From: Rickettsiales bacterium
GTDB lineage: Bacteria > Pseudomonadota > Alphaproteobacteria > Rickettsiales > UBA1997
Direction: 5' to 3'
Assembly (NCBI GenBank): GCA_947487845.1
Contig: CANKYC010000003.1
Location: forward strand, 1 to 32,574
DNA length: 32,574 bases
The notes under the pieces are model-generated. The model did no database searches. It saw nothing but the letters and a program-made list of their open reading frames with translations, and was not told the origin of the DNA. This document shows positions 16,334 through 25,186 of the stretch, piece by piece. Both the position numbers and the translations under genes were made by a program. How positions within the stretch are numbered: position 1 is the first letter of the stretch; each line of letters opens with the position of its first letter.

Positions 16334-17395
16334 TCAAACCAACTCCCAACCTAATTCCCAACGCGCCTTCGGCTTAAATTCCAAACTATCCACCAATCCC
16401 AATCTCATTTTTTCAACTCCCGCCCAAGCCACCATCACCGCATTATCTGTACAAAGCGCAATTGGCGGTGCGATTACTTCAATATCATATTTTTTCGACC
16501 AATTTTGTAGCGCCGAAAAAATATAACGATTTGCCGCCACGCCTCCGGCAATAATCAATTTTTTTGCGCCTTTTTCTAAAAGCTGAACATTATCTAAACG
16601 ATTCAAAACAATCTGGCAAACCACGTGTTGAAAGGATGCGCAAATATCAGCTTTGTCTTTTTCATTAATTTTTTGCGGCGTTGTTAAATGCGAAAAATCT
16701 TCACCAACTAACTTTTCAATCTCGCGGCGCACCGCGGTTTTAAGACCAGAAAATGAAAAATCACAAAGATGATCTTTGTGCTTCGCGCCATCAATTAATG
16801 GCTTGGAAAATTTAAATCTTTTTTCATCACCAATCAAAGCCATTTTCTCAACCGAAGGCCCGCCCGGATAAGGCAAACCAAGCATTTGCGCCACTTTGTC
16901 AAAAGCCTCGCCCAAAGCATCGTCAATTGTTTCGCCCAGCTTTTCATAATTACCAACACCGCGCGCAAATAAAATTTGGCAATGGCCGCCAGAAATTAAC
17001 AAAAGCAAAAAAGGAAATTGCAAATCGGAAGTAAGTCGCGCCGTTAAAGCGTGCCCCTCCAAATGATTCACCGCTAAAAATGGTTTTTTATAAACCGAAG
17101 CCAAAGTTTTCGCCGCCATCATTCCAACAATAACGCCGCCAATTAAACCCGGTCCAGAAGTTGCGGCAAAGCCATCAATATTTTCAAATTTTAGATTAGC
17201 ATTTTTTAAAGCCTGCAAAATTAATTCATCCAAAACTTCAATATGACCTCGCGCCGCAAGCTCTGGAACCACGCCGCCAAATTTTTTATGAAGCTCAATT
17301 TGTGAATTTAAAACGTGAGAAAGAATATTTTTTTGCTCATCAACAATCGCAACCGCAGTTTCATCGCAGGAAGTTTCAATACCGAGAATTTTCAT
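16334..17395 (-). CDS. tsaD: tRNA N6-threonylcarbamoyltransferase TsaD
   Basis: LGIETSCDET, GGVVPELAAR, HLEGH, SGGH, DDALGEAFDK, FSFSGLKT and CTDNAVM motifs. Confidence 0.97.
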   Translation of the reverse strand: MKILGIETSCDETAVAIVDEQKNILSHVLNSQIELHKKFGGVVPELAARGHIEVLDELILQALKNANLKFENIDGFAATSGPGLIGGVIVGMMAAKTLASVYKKPFLAVNHLEGHALTARLTSDLQFPFLLLLISGGHCQILFARGVGNYEKLGETIDDALGEAFDKVAQMLGLPYPGGPSVEKMALIGDEKRFKFSKPLIDGAKHKDHLCDFSFSGLKTAVRREIEKLVGEDFSHLTTPQKINEKDKADICASFQHVVCQIVLNRLDNVQLLEKGAKKLIIAGGVAANRYIFSALQNWSKKYDIEVIAPPIALCTDNAVMVAWAGVEKMRLGLVDSLEFKPKARWELGWELV

Positions 17396-17453
17396 TTTAA
17401 TTTTTAAATAAATCAGAGTTATATCAAAAAGATCTAATTAAATTTAAATCCTT

Positions 17454-17539
17454 TATCCCTTCGGGATACGGAAACGCGACACGAGTCGCGCCCCGCTTTA
17501 CGGCGATCCCCATCCCTTATGTCTATAGGACATACGGGA
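17454..17539. other. GC-rich cluster of four hairpins between dnaB and tsaD
   Basis: tatccc/gggata, cgcgac/gtcgcg, ccg/cgg and tccc-tatgtc/gacata-ggga. Confidence 0.5.
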
Positions 17540-17542
17540 AAT

Positions 17543-18985
17543 TTAATTATGAAAATTATCCAAATTTCCAAAGCGCGTAAATTCTGAATCAAAAAATAAA
17601 TTCACGCTGCCAACTGGACCGTTGCGTTGTTTGGCAATTATAACTTCAGCTTTATGCGAAACTTCCTGCATTTGGGTTTTCCATTGATGAAATTTGTCGG
17701 CCTCATTTTCTTGCGGACGTTTGCGTTCCAAATAATAACTGTCGCGATAGATGAAGGCTACAACGTCAGCATCTTGTTCGATTGATCCTGATTCACGCAA
17801 ATCTGAAAGTTGTGGGCGCTTATCTTCGCGTTGTTCAACGGCGCGCGATAATTGCGAAAGCGCCATTACCGGAATGTTAAATTCTTTGGCGATTGCTTTT
17901 AATCCTTGCGTGATTTCCGAAACTTCCTGAACCCGATTTTCGCTAGAGCGCGAAGTTGTGCCGCGAATTAATTGCAAATAATCAATTACCAAAAATGCTA
18001 AATTATGTTTGCGCACCATTCTGCGGGCGCGCGTGCGAATTGCCGAAATTGAAAGTGCTGGAGTATCATCAATAAAAAGTGGCATTTTCGAAATTTCTGC
18101 CGAACGCGCCGCCACAACTTCCCATTCACTTTCATTTAATTGACCGGTTCTAAATTTGGTGGCGTTAATGCTACATTCCATTGATAAAATTCTCGCCGCT
18201 AATTGGTCGGAAGACATTTCGAGCGAGAAAAATCCAACTGCCTTTTTATCTTTCGTATCAACCACATCTTTGTTTAAAAACTTGCAGGCATTAACCACAA
18301 TATTAATTCCCAGCGCGGTTTTACCCATTGAAGGCCTTCCCGCCAGAATAATTAAATCGGATTGTTGCATGCCGCTCAAAATTTTATCTAAATCTGAAAG
18401 TCCGGTTGAAACGCCGCTAATATGGCTGTCGCGTTGACGCGCCAAAATTGTTTTATCCAAAGTTTCTTTCATCGAATGCGAAATGCTGCGAAAATCGCTG
18501 CGGCCATTTCCATGTTCAGAAAGTTTAAATAAATGCGATTCGGCAAGCTCGATTTGTTCAGTTGCCGAAGTTTTTTCTTCAGCTTTAAAAACCCGATTCA
18601 CAATATCTTCACCAACCATTGATAATTCACGCTTCAAAGCCAAATCATGAATTAAACGACCATAATCAGAAATATCGATAATTGCCGAAGCTGTTGCCAA
18701 AAGCGTTGATAAATAAAGAGCGCCGCCAGCTGCTTTAACAGCTGCGTCAGATTCAAAAAATTGTTTCAGCGTAACTTGATTGGCGATGATGTTAACTTTT
18801 TCAATATTGTGTAAAATTTGGGCAAAAATATTGCGATGCGCCGGCTCGTAAAAATGCTCTTCACGCAAAAATTCGGAAACGCGATTTAGATATTCGTTAT
18901 TTAAAATAATCGTTCCTAGAACCGCTTGTTCGGCTTCAATATTAAATAATTCTTTACGGATTGTAACTTGGTTTTCGGATGTCAT
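17543..18985 (-). CDS. dnaB: Replicative DNA helicase
   Basis: EAEQAVLG, GRPSMGKT, SLEMS, IDYLQL, DLRESGSIEQDAD and KQRNGP motifs. Confidence 0.98.
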   Translation of the reverse strand: MTSENQVTIRKELFNIEAEQAVLGTIILNNEYLNRVSEFLREEHFYEPAHRNIFAQILHNIEKVNIIANQVTLKQFFESDAAVKAAGGALYLSTLLATASAIIDISDYGRLIHDLALKRELSMVGEDIVNRVFKAEEKTSATEQIELAESHLFKLSEHGNGRSDFRSISHSMKETLDKTILARQRDSHISGVSTGLSDLDKILSGMQQSDLIILAGRPSMGKTALGINIVVNACKFLNKDVVDTKDKKAVGFFSLEMSSDQLAARILSMECSINATKFRTGQLNESEWEVVAARSAEISKMPLFIDDTPALSISAIRTRARRMVRKHNLAFLVIDYLQLIRGTTSRSSENRVQEVSEITQGLKAIAKEFNIPVMALSQLSRAVEQREDKRPQLSDLRESGSIEQDADVVAFIYRDSYYLERKRPQENEADKFHQWKTQMQEVSHKAEVIIAKQRNGPVGSVNLFFDSEFTRFGNLDNFHN

Positions 18986-19030
18986 TTTTTTTAAGAATTT
19001 TTTTTAAAGAATATGGTGGTTATTTTGGAA

Positions 19031-19561
19031 TCAACTTTTCACTCCCCTTTTTTGCAACTTTCGCGCTAAAGTTCTGCGATGCATTCCAAGAATGCGCGCT
19101 GCTTTGGAAATGTTAAAATCGGCGTCAATCAAAGCTTGGTGAATATATTCCCATTCAATATTTTTAATCGAAGTTTTTTTATCTGATATTTTTTCTTCCA
19201 AAGCCTCGCCATTAAAAGCAGCAATTATTGCATCAACATTTGCTGGTTTTGCTAAGTAATAACAAGCTCCCAACTTAATCGCCTCAATTGTTGTGGTGAT
19301 GCTGGCGTAACCTGTGAGCATCACAATTTTAATTGTAGAATCAAATTCATGCAAAGCTTTGATTAAAGCCAATCCAGATTCACCGGGCATTTTTAAATCA
19401 ACAACTGCAAATCTTGGATGAAAATTTTTTAAAATGGCGAGCGCATCTTTAACATTATTGGCAATTTTAGTTTCATAATTTCGGCGCATAAAAGAGCGCG
19501 ACAAGCTTTCCGACAAAGCTTTATCATCTTCAACAATTAAAACAGTTTGATAATTTTTCAT
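19031..19561 (-). CDS. regA: RegA/PrrA/RoxR-family response regulator
   Basis: Receiver domain (VEDD, VDLK, LTGYASI, YLAKP) plus C-terminal EWEYI...NISKAARILGMHRRTLARKL. Confidence 0.9.
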   Translation of the reverse strand: MKNYQTVLIVEDDKALSESLSRSFMRRNYETKIANNVKDALAILKNFHPRFAVVDLKMPGESGLALIKALHEFDSTIKIVMLTGYASITTTIEAIKLGACYYLAKPANVDAIIAAFNGEALEEKISDKKTSIKNIEWEYIHQALIDADFNISKAARILGMHRRTLARKLQKRGVKS

Positions 19562-20376
19562 TATTTGAAATCACTTTTTTTTGCTTGTTCAAGCCTTTCA
19601 CTTCCTGAATCGGAAAGAATTTCTGAAAGAGTTTTTTTGCAGCGCTCGATTTGCGATTCAATCATTAAAATATCAGAATTTAAATCTTCTTTTTTTAAAT
19701 CGAGATTTTTCCAATCATTTAAAATAACCGAGATTGTCGCCAGCGGCGTTCCCAAATCATGAGCGGCGGCGGTTGCAAGCATTGCGCTTCTAAGCAATTG
19801 TTTTTCTTCCAAAGTTTTTTGATCGCGCTCTTTTAAATTTTTGGAAATTTTGGTAACAAAAATTAACAGCAAAACTGTCGCTAAAATATGACTAATCAAC
19901 ATTCCATTAAGATGTAAATTGAAAGCATTGTGATTATGAAATTCATGCATTTCATTAAAGTTGAAACCAAGCCAAATATAGCAAAATGTTGTAATTGCGG
20001 TGATTGTCCAAGCGTAACTTGTGCGTAGCAAAATAGCGGCAATAATTACTTGTAGTAAAAATAATGAAATAAAAGGATTGGAAGCTCCGCCGCTTAAATA
20101 AAGCTGCGCCGTTAAAGCAGCAACATCAAAAAGCAACTCTATGAATAAGAATTTATCGCTGATATTTCGACAGGTTTTATAGCAATAAAAACTTACGCAA
20201 TTTATCAAAAATAACAGCGTAACCAAACCAAACATTGGCTTTATCGGCAAGGAAATTTCAAAAAATTTACTGACAAAAATAATAGTCACAACTTGCCCAA
20301 TAATCGCGATGATACGAAGCAAAATAAGCTGAAGCAGATTTTTATGATTAGCGCTTTTAGGGAAATTATTTTTCAT
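19561..20376 (-). CDS. regB: RegB/RoxS-like membrane sensor lacking the HATPase domain (truncated or phosphatase-only)
   Basis: About 6 TM helices, LYLSGGASNPF quinone-site-like motif and H-box AAHDLGTPL. Stops after the DHp domain with no N/G1/F/G2 boxes. Confidence 0.75.
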   Translation of the reverse strand: MKNNFPKSANHKNLLQLILLRIIAIIGQVVTIIFVSKFFEISLPIKPMFGLVTLLFLINCVSFYCYKTCRNISDKFLFIELLFDVAALTAQLYLSGGASNPFISLFLLQVIIAAILLRTSYAWTITAITTFCYIWLGFNFNEMHEFHNHNAFNLHLNGMLISHILATVLLLIFVTKISKNLKERDQKTLEEKQLLRSAMLATAAAHDLGTPLATISVILNDWKNLDLKKEDLNSDILMIESQIERCKKTLSEILSDSGSERLEQAKKSDFK

Positions 20377-20418
20377 TTTTTAAGGTTTGTACTAATTCTA
20401 AATTGAATATGTCGAACT

Positions 20419-20502
20419 CTCGATGTCATGCTGAACTTGTCGAAGCATGATTCAAGCCTTTCTATTAAAATCATGCTTCGACAAGTTCAGCATGACATCG
20501 AG
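20419..20502. repeat. REP-like palindrome with perfect 34-bp arms
   Basis: ctcgatgtcatgctgaacttgtcgaagcatgatt and its exact reverse complement. Confidence 0.9.
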
Positions 20503-20540
20503 CTTGATTAGAATGAATATATTTTAGCACAAAACTGCGC

Positions 20541-20558
20541 TTGGACAAATTGTCTCAA
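20541..20558. promoter_or_regulatory. Possible RegA-family binding site
   Basis: TTGGACAAATTGTCTCAA with GACA-N3-TGTC dyad, between the divergent regB and OMP genes. Confidence 0.35.
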
Positions 20559-20633
20559 GTTTAAAAATTATTTTGCGATTGAGATTTGTGATTTTTAAAA
20601 AGCCAAAAATCTTATTAACCAAATAATTTAATT

Positions 20634-21560
20634 ATGAAATTTTCTAAAAAATATTTTTTTGCCGCACTTCTTTTATTCGCAATTTCTTCAAAAGAAGTTT
20701 TGGCTTGCGCTTGTGGTTGTGGCGTTTTCACAGTTGGAACCAGCTCAATTTTACCAAATTGCGAAGGCGGAACGGCTTTTTTGCAATATGATTATATGAA
20801 TCAAAGTCGCAATTGGCATAAAACTGATAATTCCAGCGGACATAATCACGACAAACGCATCAACACTCAAACCGTAACCGCCGGCATGCAATATATGTTT
20901 AACCGCGATTGGGGCGCCGCGATTCGCGTTCCTTACATGACACGTTATGTACAAAACTTGCCTCATTCTGGCGGCATGACTTATAACCGCCATAGCGCCG
21001 TTGGCGATATTCGTATTAATGGAATTTATTCCGGATTTTCTTCCGACATGTCGAGCGGATTAATTTTTGGTTTAAAACTTCCAACTGGCGACACCAATTC
21101 TAAAGGCTTTGAACGCAACACTCAAATTGGAACCGGCAGCACTGATTCAATTTTAGGCGCTTATAAAGTTGGCAAAATTGATATTGCCGGAAAATTTAAT
21201 TATTTCTTGCAAGGAACTTGGGAACATCCACTGACAATTCATCGTGGCTATCATCCCGGTGATGAAATTTCTGGTGCGACTGGTATTTATTACAATGCTG
21301 GATCACATTTTGGCCTAAAAAAAATCGCACCAATTATGCAATTTATGGGTTCTAAAAAAACTCAAGATACAGGTTGGGCATCACCGTCACATAATGCTCA
21401 CAGCGGATATACCCAAATATTTTTTGCGCCAGCAATCGAATTTAGCTTTACGCAATTTAAACTTTATACCGATGTGGAATTTCCAGTTTATAGAAATGTC
21501 AATGGCAATCAATTAGTGCCGCAGAATTTGTATAAATTAATTTTGAGTTATAATTTTTAA
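20634..21560 (+). CDS. Putative outer-membrane beta-barrel transporter with N-terminal CACGC motif
   Basis: Signal peptide, VGDIRI...FGLKLPTG motif, alternating beta-strand pattern, C-terminal YNF, several His residues. Confidence 0.65.
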   Translation: MKFSKKYFFAALLLFAISSKEVLACACGCGVFTVGTSSILPNCEGGTAFLQYDYMNQSRNWHKTDNSSGHNHDKRINTQTVTAGMQYMFNRDWGAAIRVPYMTRYVQNLPHSGGMTYNRHSAVGDIRINGIYSGFSSDMSSGLIFGLKLPTGDTNSKGFERNTQIGTGSTDSILGAYKVGKIDIAGKFNYFLQGTWEHPLTIHRGYHPGDEISGATGIYYNAGSHFGLKKIAPIMQFMGSKKTQDTGWASPSHNAHSGYTQIFFAPAIEFSFTQFKLYTDVEFPVYRNVNGNQLVPQNLYKLILSYNF

Positions 21561-21582
21561 TATCAGCCGATTAAAAACTACG

Positions 21583-21613
21583 CAGTCACGCTTCGACAGC
21601 CTCAGCGTGACTG
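21583..21613. repeat. Single REP-family hairpin between convergent genes (probable terminator)
   Basis: cagtcacgct-tcgacagcctc-agcgtgactg. Confidence 0.7.
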
Positions 21614-21685
21614 TGAATTAGTTTAAAATTTTGATATAATTAAAAAAGTGTGACGCTAAAAAACTCATTTTTTTAATACGCTTTT

Positions 21686-23527
21686 TTACTCCACCGTTAC
21701 CGATTTCGCTAAATTTCTTGGCTGATCAACATCATTTCCTTTGTACAGCGCAACATAATAAGCCAAAAGCTGCGTTGAAACCACTGGCAAAATTGCTTCT
21801 TGAATAATTCCATCAAGCTTCGGAATTTCAATTTTTCTCTTCGCCATTTTGCCAAATTGGGCGATTCCTTTTTTGTCACTAATGAAAATTATTTTCCCGC
21901 CGCGCGCGTTAACTTCTTGAGCGTTGGATAATGTTTTTTCAAACAAGTCATTATCTTTATTATGCGGCGCAATCACGATTACCGGCATTTTTTTATCAAT
22001 CAGCGCGATAGTTCCGTGCTTTAATTCTCCTGCGGCAATTCCTTGCGCGTTAATATAAGAAAGTTCGCGAAATTTTAATGCCGCTTCAAAAGCTGTAATC
22101 TGCGAAATGCCGCGCCCAATATATAAAACATGCTTCGCCGCAGTTAATGATTGGGCGATTTTTTTGATGTTTTTAATGTCATTCTTATCAAACAAATGAA
22201 CCATTTTCGCGCCACTTTCGGCAAGTTCCTGCAATAATTTTTCTTTTTCTTTAGTCGAAATTTTGCCTTTTATACATCCAAAATGAATTGCCAAAAGCGA
22301 TAAAACCGTAATTTGCGCCGTGTAAGCTTTAGTTGATGCCACGCCAATTTCAGGCCCTGCAACTGTGCGAATTACTGTGTCAGAAAGTTGCGCCATTGTA
22401 CTGTGCGCCACATTTACAATTGAGAGAATTTTTTGACCATTTTGTTTGGCAAATTTCAGCGCCGCTAAAGTATCAGCGGTTTCGCCCGACTGCGAAACAA
22501 AAACCATTAAATTATCATCGCGAAACGGATGAGCGCGGTAACGAAATTCGGAAGCAATATCAACTTCAACTTCCACGCCAGCAATTTCTTCAATCAAATA
22601 TTTGGCGCACATGCCCGAATAATAAGAAGTTCCGCAGGCAATAATTGTGATTTTATTAATTTTTTTAAGATCAAAAGCAAAGTTCGGCAAATGAATTGAG
22701 GAATTGCTTAAATCAACATAGGCTTGAATTGTTTCTTCTAAAACTCGCGGCTGTTCGTAAATTTCTTTGAGCATAAAATGATCGTAACCATCTTTGGAAA
22801 CGCGGTTATTTTCAGCTTCCATTAATTTTGGCTCTTTGTGAATTGGCTTATTTTTAGCATCAAAAACTGCAATTTCATTTTTGGAAATAATGGCAAATTC
22901 TTCATCTTCCAAAGCAATGATTTTGCTAGTGTGATCTGACAATGCGTAATAATCAGAAGCGATATAATTTTCATTTTCACCAAGACCAATAACCAATGGC
23001 GAGCCGCGTTTGGCAACTGCGATTACATTTGGATGACCTTTAAAAATTACGGCAAGCGCGAAAGTTCCGTGAATTTCTTTAGCAGTTTCCAAAATTGATT
23101 TTTTGATGTCGCCAGTTTTTTCAAAATGATATTCGATTAAATGTGGCACAACTTCGGTGTCAGTTTGGCTTAAAAATTTGGCACCGCTTTTGGCTAATTT
23201 TTCTTTTAATTCCTGATGATTTTCAATAATGCCATTATGCACCACGCAAACATTTGATGAAGCGTGCGGATGCGCATTTTGCTTGCTTGGACGACCATGA
23301 GTTGCCCAACGCGTGTGACCAATTCCAATGTCAGATTCCAATTTAGTTTTTTTCAAAGCCGCTTCCAACTTGGCTATTTTACCCTCTTCTTTAACGGTTT
23401 TAAATTTATTTTTTTCCAAAACCGCAATTCCCGCCGAATCATAACCGCGATATTCCAGTTTTTTCAAACCTTCAAGAATGATAGAAACAGCATTTTTACT
23501 ACCAACGACACCAACAATTCCGCACAT
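21686..23527 (-). CDS. glmS: Glutamine--fructose-6-phosphate aminotransferase
   Basis: MCGIVG, EYRGYDSAG, GHTRWATHG, SQSGETADT and PRNLAKSVTVE motifs. Confidence 0.98.
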   Translation of the reverse strand: MCGIVGVVGSKNAVSIILEGLKKLEYRGYDSAGIAVLEKNKFKTVKEEGKIAKLEAALKKTKLESDIGIGHTRWATHGRPSKQNAHPHASSNVCVVHNGIIENHQELKEKLAKSGAKFLSQTDTEVVPHLIEYHFEKTGDIKKSILETAKEIHGTFALAVIFKGHPNVIAVAKRGSPLVIGLGENENYIASDYYALSDHTSKIIALEDEEFAIISKNEIAVFDAKNKPIHKEPKLMEAENNRVSKDGYDHFMLKEIYEQPRVLEETIQAYVDLSNSSIHLPNFAFDLKKINKITIIACGTSYYSGMCAKYLIEEIAGVEVEVDIASEFRYRAHPFRDDNLMVFVSQSGETADTLAALKFAKQNGQKILSIVNVAHSTMAQLSDTVIRTVAGPEIGVASTKAYTAQITVLSLLAIHFGCIKGKISTKEKEKLLQELAESGAKMVHLFDKNDIKNIKKIAQSLTAAKHVLYIGRGISQITAFEAALKFRELSYINAQGIAAGELKHGTIALIDKKMPVIVIAPHNKDNDLFEKTLSNAQEVNARGGKIIFISDKKGIAQFGKMAKRKIEIPKLDGIIQEAILPVVSTQLLAYYVALYKGNDVDQPRNLAKSVTVE

Positions 23528-23584
23528 GTTTTTAGAAATTTATTTTAAGAAAAAATACAAAGCGCGGCAGCCTAGAAAGGCTTC

Positions 23585-23602
23585 AAGATAAGTAAATTGT
23601 AA
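23585..23602. repeat. 18-bp direct repeat, copy 1 (overlaps a plausible glmS promoter)
   Basis: AAGATAAGTAAATTGTAA, identical at 24948-24965. Confidence 0.7.
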
Positions 23603-23706
23603 TGTTTTGTAAGAACCAGTTTACCATCTTTTTTAACCTCAGATTTTGGCATATTTTTAGCGTTTTTTTCGGGTGCTCGCGAATTATAAATTGCCTAAAT
23701 TTATAC

Positions 23707-24822
23707 TTAATGTTCGCGTTCACCAGACTTATTGTTTTGAGTTGGGTCATTGTGAGTATCAAAAATCTTTTGTAAAAAATCAGGTCTTGAAGCCAATGTT
23801 TTTGCGACAGGATGAGTTTCTAGCGGCAGCTCTGATTCTCTAGTTGCAAGGCTATTTATTCTTTTGGCAATTTCAGTAATGGCTTGCGGATTAGCAGAGT
23901 TTTCACTCTCTGGATCTGTTTGGTAAACAGCATCATAAGGCACTTTAGTAGTCACTTTAATTTTCTCATCATTGGGAGCATTTCCTTCTTTAATTCCTAA
24001 CGTCTTAATTAATCCTTGCGCATCTTTGCTGTTTTCAAACAGAATAGCACCACCTTTTGCATCACCATATTTTTGGGCGGCATCTAAAATATCCTGCGTT
24101 GTTAATTGACCAATCACTCTGTCACCTTCTTGCGCGACTTCATACATTTCTCCATATTGATTAAGTGGGAAAAACCCGTCTCTTCTTTCTTCTTGGACAC
24201 CAGTAGCATTGCGGCTGTCCATGTGTTTGACGATTTTATTAATATCACAATGAGCCACGGCAATAACTGATGGGCAGGAAAAATTGTGATCTGCCATATA
24301 TTTATTAAATTCTGCCACAACATCATATTTACCCAAAGGAACCACATCCAAAACGCTAGGCAAGCCATTTCTAGAATTTTCCATTGCCCGTGCAAAAATA
24401 TTTTCCATTATTTGAGAATTTGATGGTGAATTTTTGGCAGCTTCTTGAAATGGTTCGCAATATTTTTCTATCAAACCTTGTATTTTGGTGAGTTTATCTG
24501 CGCTATAAATTTCAGATTCTTCTGGCAATTTATTGTTATGAATTGGTAGTAAAATATTAATTGGTTCTAAATTCTGCTTTGTCTTCAAGTCAATAAAATC
24601 AGGATCTTGATCAACAATACTAAGATGAACGTCTCCTAAATTAGGATGCCTTCTGCATTCCAAATCAAGTCCATCTTCCTGCCAGTCTAGCCTGTCTTTT
24701 GGATCTTTTGCCTCATCTTGTTTTTTCAACTCTTTAATGATCGTACCTTTACCAGCCGATGATGTTCCAAACAAAAGCACTATTGTTGCTTTTCCGCGTT
24801 CTTTTCTTGTTGAATCTTTCAT
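23707..24822 (-). CDS. Hypothetical P-loop NTPase or small-molecule kinase-like protein
   Basis: N-terminal Walker A IVLLFGTSSAGKGT, Walker-B-like SVLD, lid-like SRNATG...ERR. Confidence 0.6.
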   Translation of the reverse strand: MKDSTRKERGKATIVLLFGTSSAGKGTIIKELKKQDEAKDPKDRLDWQEDGLDLECRRHPNLGDVHLSIVDQDPDFIDLKTKQNLEPINILLPIHNNKLPEESEIYSADKLTKIQGLIEKYCEPFQEAAKNSPSNSQIMENIFARAMENSRNGLPSVLDVVPLGKYDVVAEFNKYMADHNFSCPSVIAVAHCDINKIVKHMDSRNATGVQEERRDGFFPLNQYGEMYEVAQEGDRVIGQLTTQDILDAAQKYGDAKGGAILFENSKDAQGLIKTLGIKEGNAPNDEKIKVTTKVPYDAVYQTDPESENSANPQAITEIAKRINSLATRESELPLETHPVAKTLASRPDFLQKIFDTHNDPTQNNKSGEREH

Positions 24823-24947
24823 GAGAGATTTTGAAATTTTTTAAAGGAGATTTTTGTTTTCAAGACCTCTAAATAAAGATCAACAAGATCTATTAGTTGG
24901 ACAATGAATTTTTCAAATTTGTTTAAAAAAAAGCGCCACAACAGTTT

Positions 24948-24965
24948 AAGATAAGTAAATTGTAA
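24948..24965. repeat. 18-bp direct repeat, copy 2
   Basis: Identical to 23585-23602. Confidence 0.7.
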
Positions 24966-25058
24966 AAACCTCGATGTCACCCTGAGCCTGTCGAAGGGTG
25001 ATTCAAGCCTGAAGCTAGAATCACCCTTCGACAGGCTCAGGGTGACATCGAGGTTTTT
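24964..25058. repeat. REP-like palindrome with perfect 41-bp arms
   Basis: aaaaacctcgatgtcaccctgagcctgtcgaagggtgattc and its exact reverse complement. Confidence 0.9.
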
Positions 25059-25186
25059 TTACGGGGATTCTTTCAGTTGCAGAATTACCCATCCAACAAA
25101 CTAAAATAAGTTGCGCGAAAAAATCTAAAAATTAGAAGGTAGAATAAATATCTGCGCACTCATTTCCAATTCCCTAAATTTCAAAA

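Noticed and set aside
20384-20535. Outer inverted repeat around the 20419 palindrome (gtttgtactaa / ttagcacaaaac)
   Set aside because: Too short and imperfect in AT-rich DNA to call as TIRs.
23528-23706. glmS ribozyme upstream of glmS
   Set aside because: No recognisable conserved core or stems, and it is not expected in this lineage.
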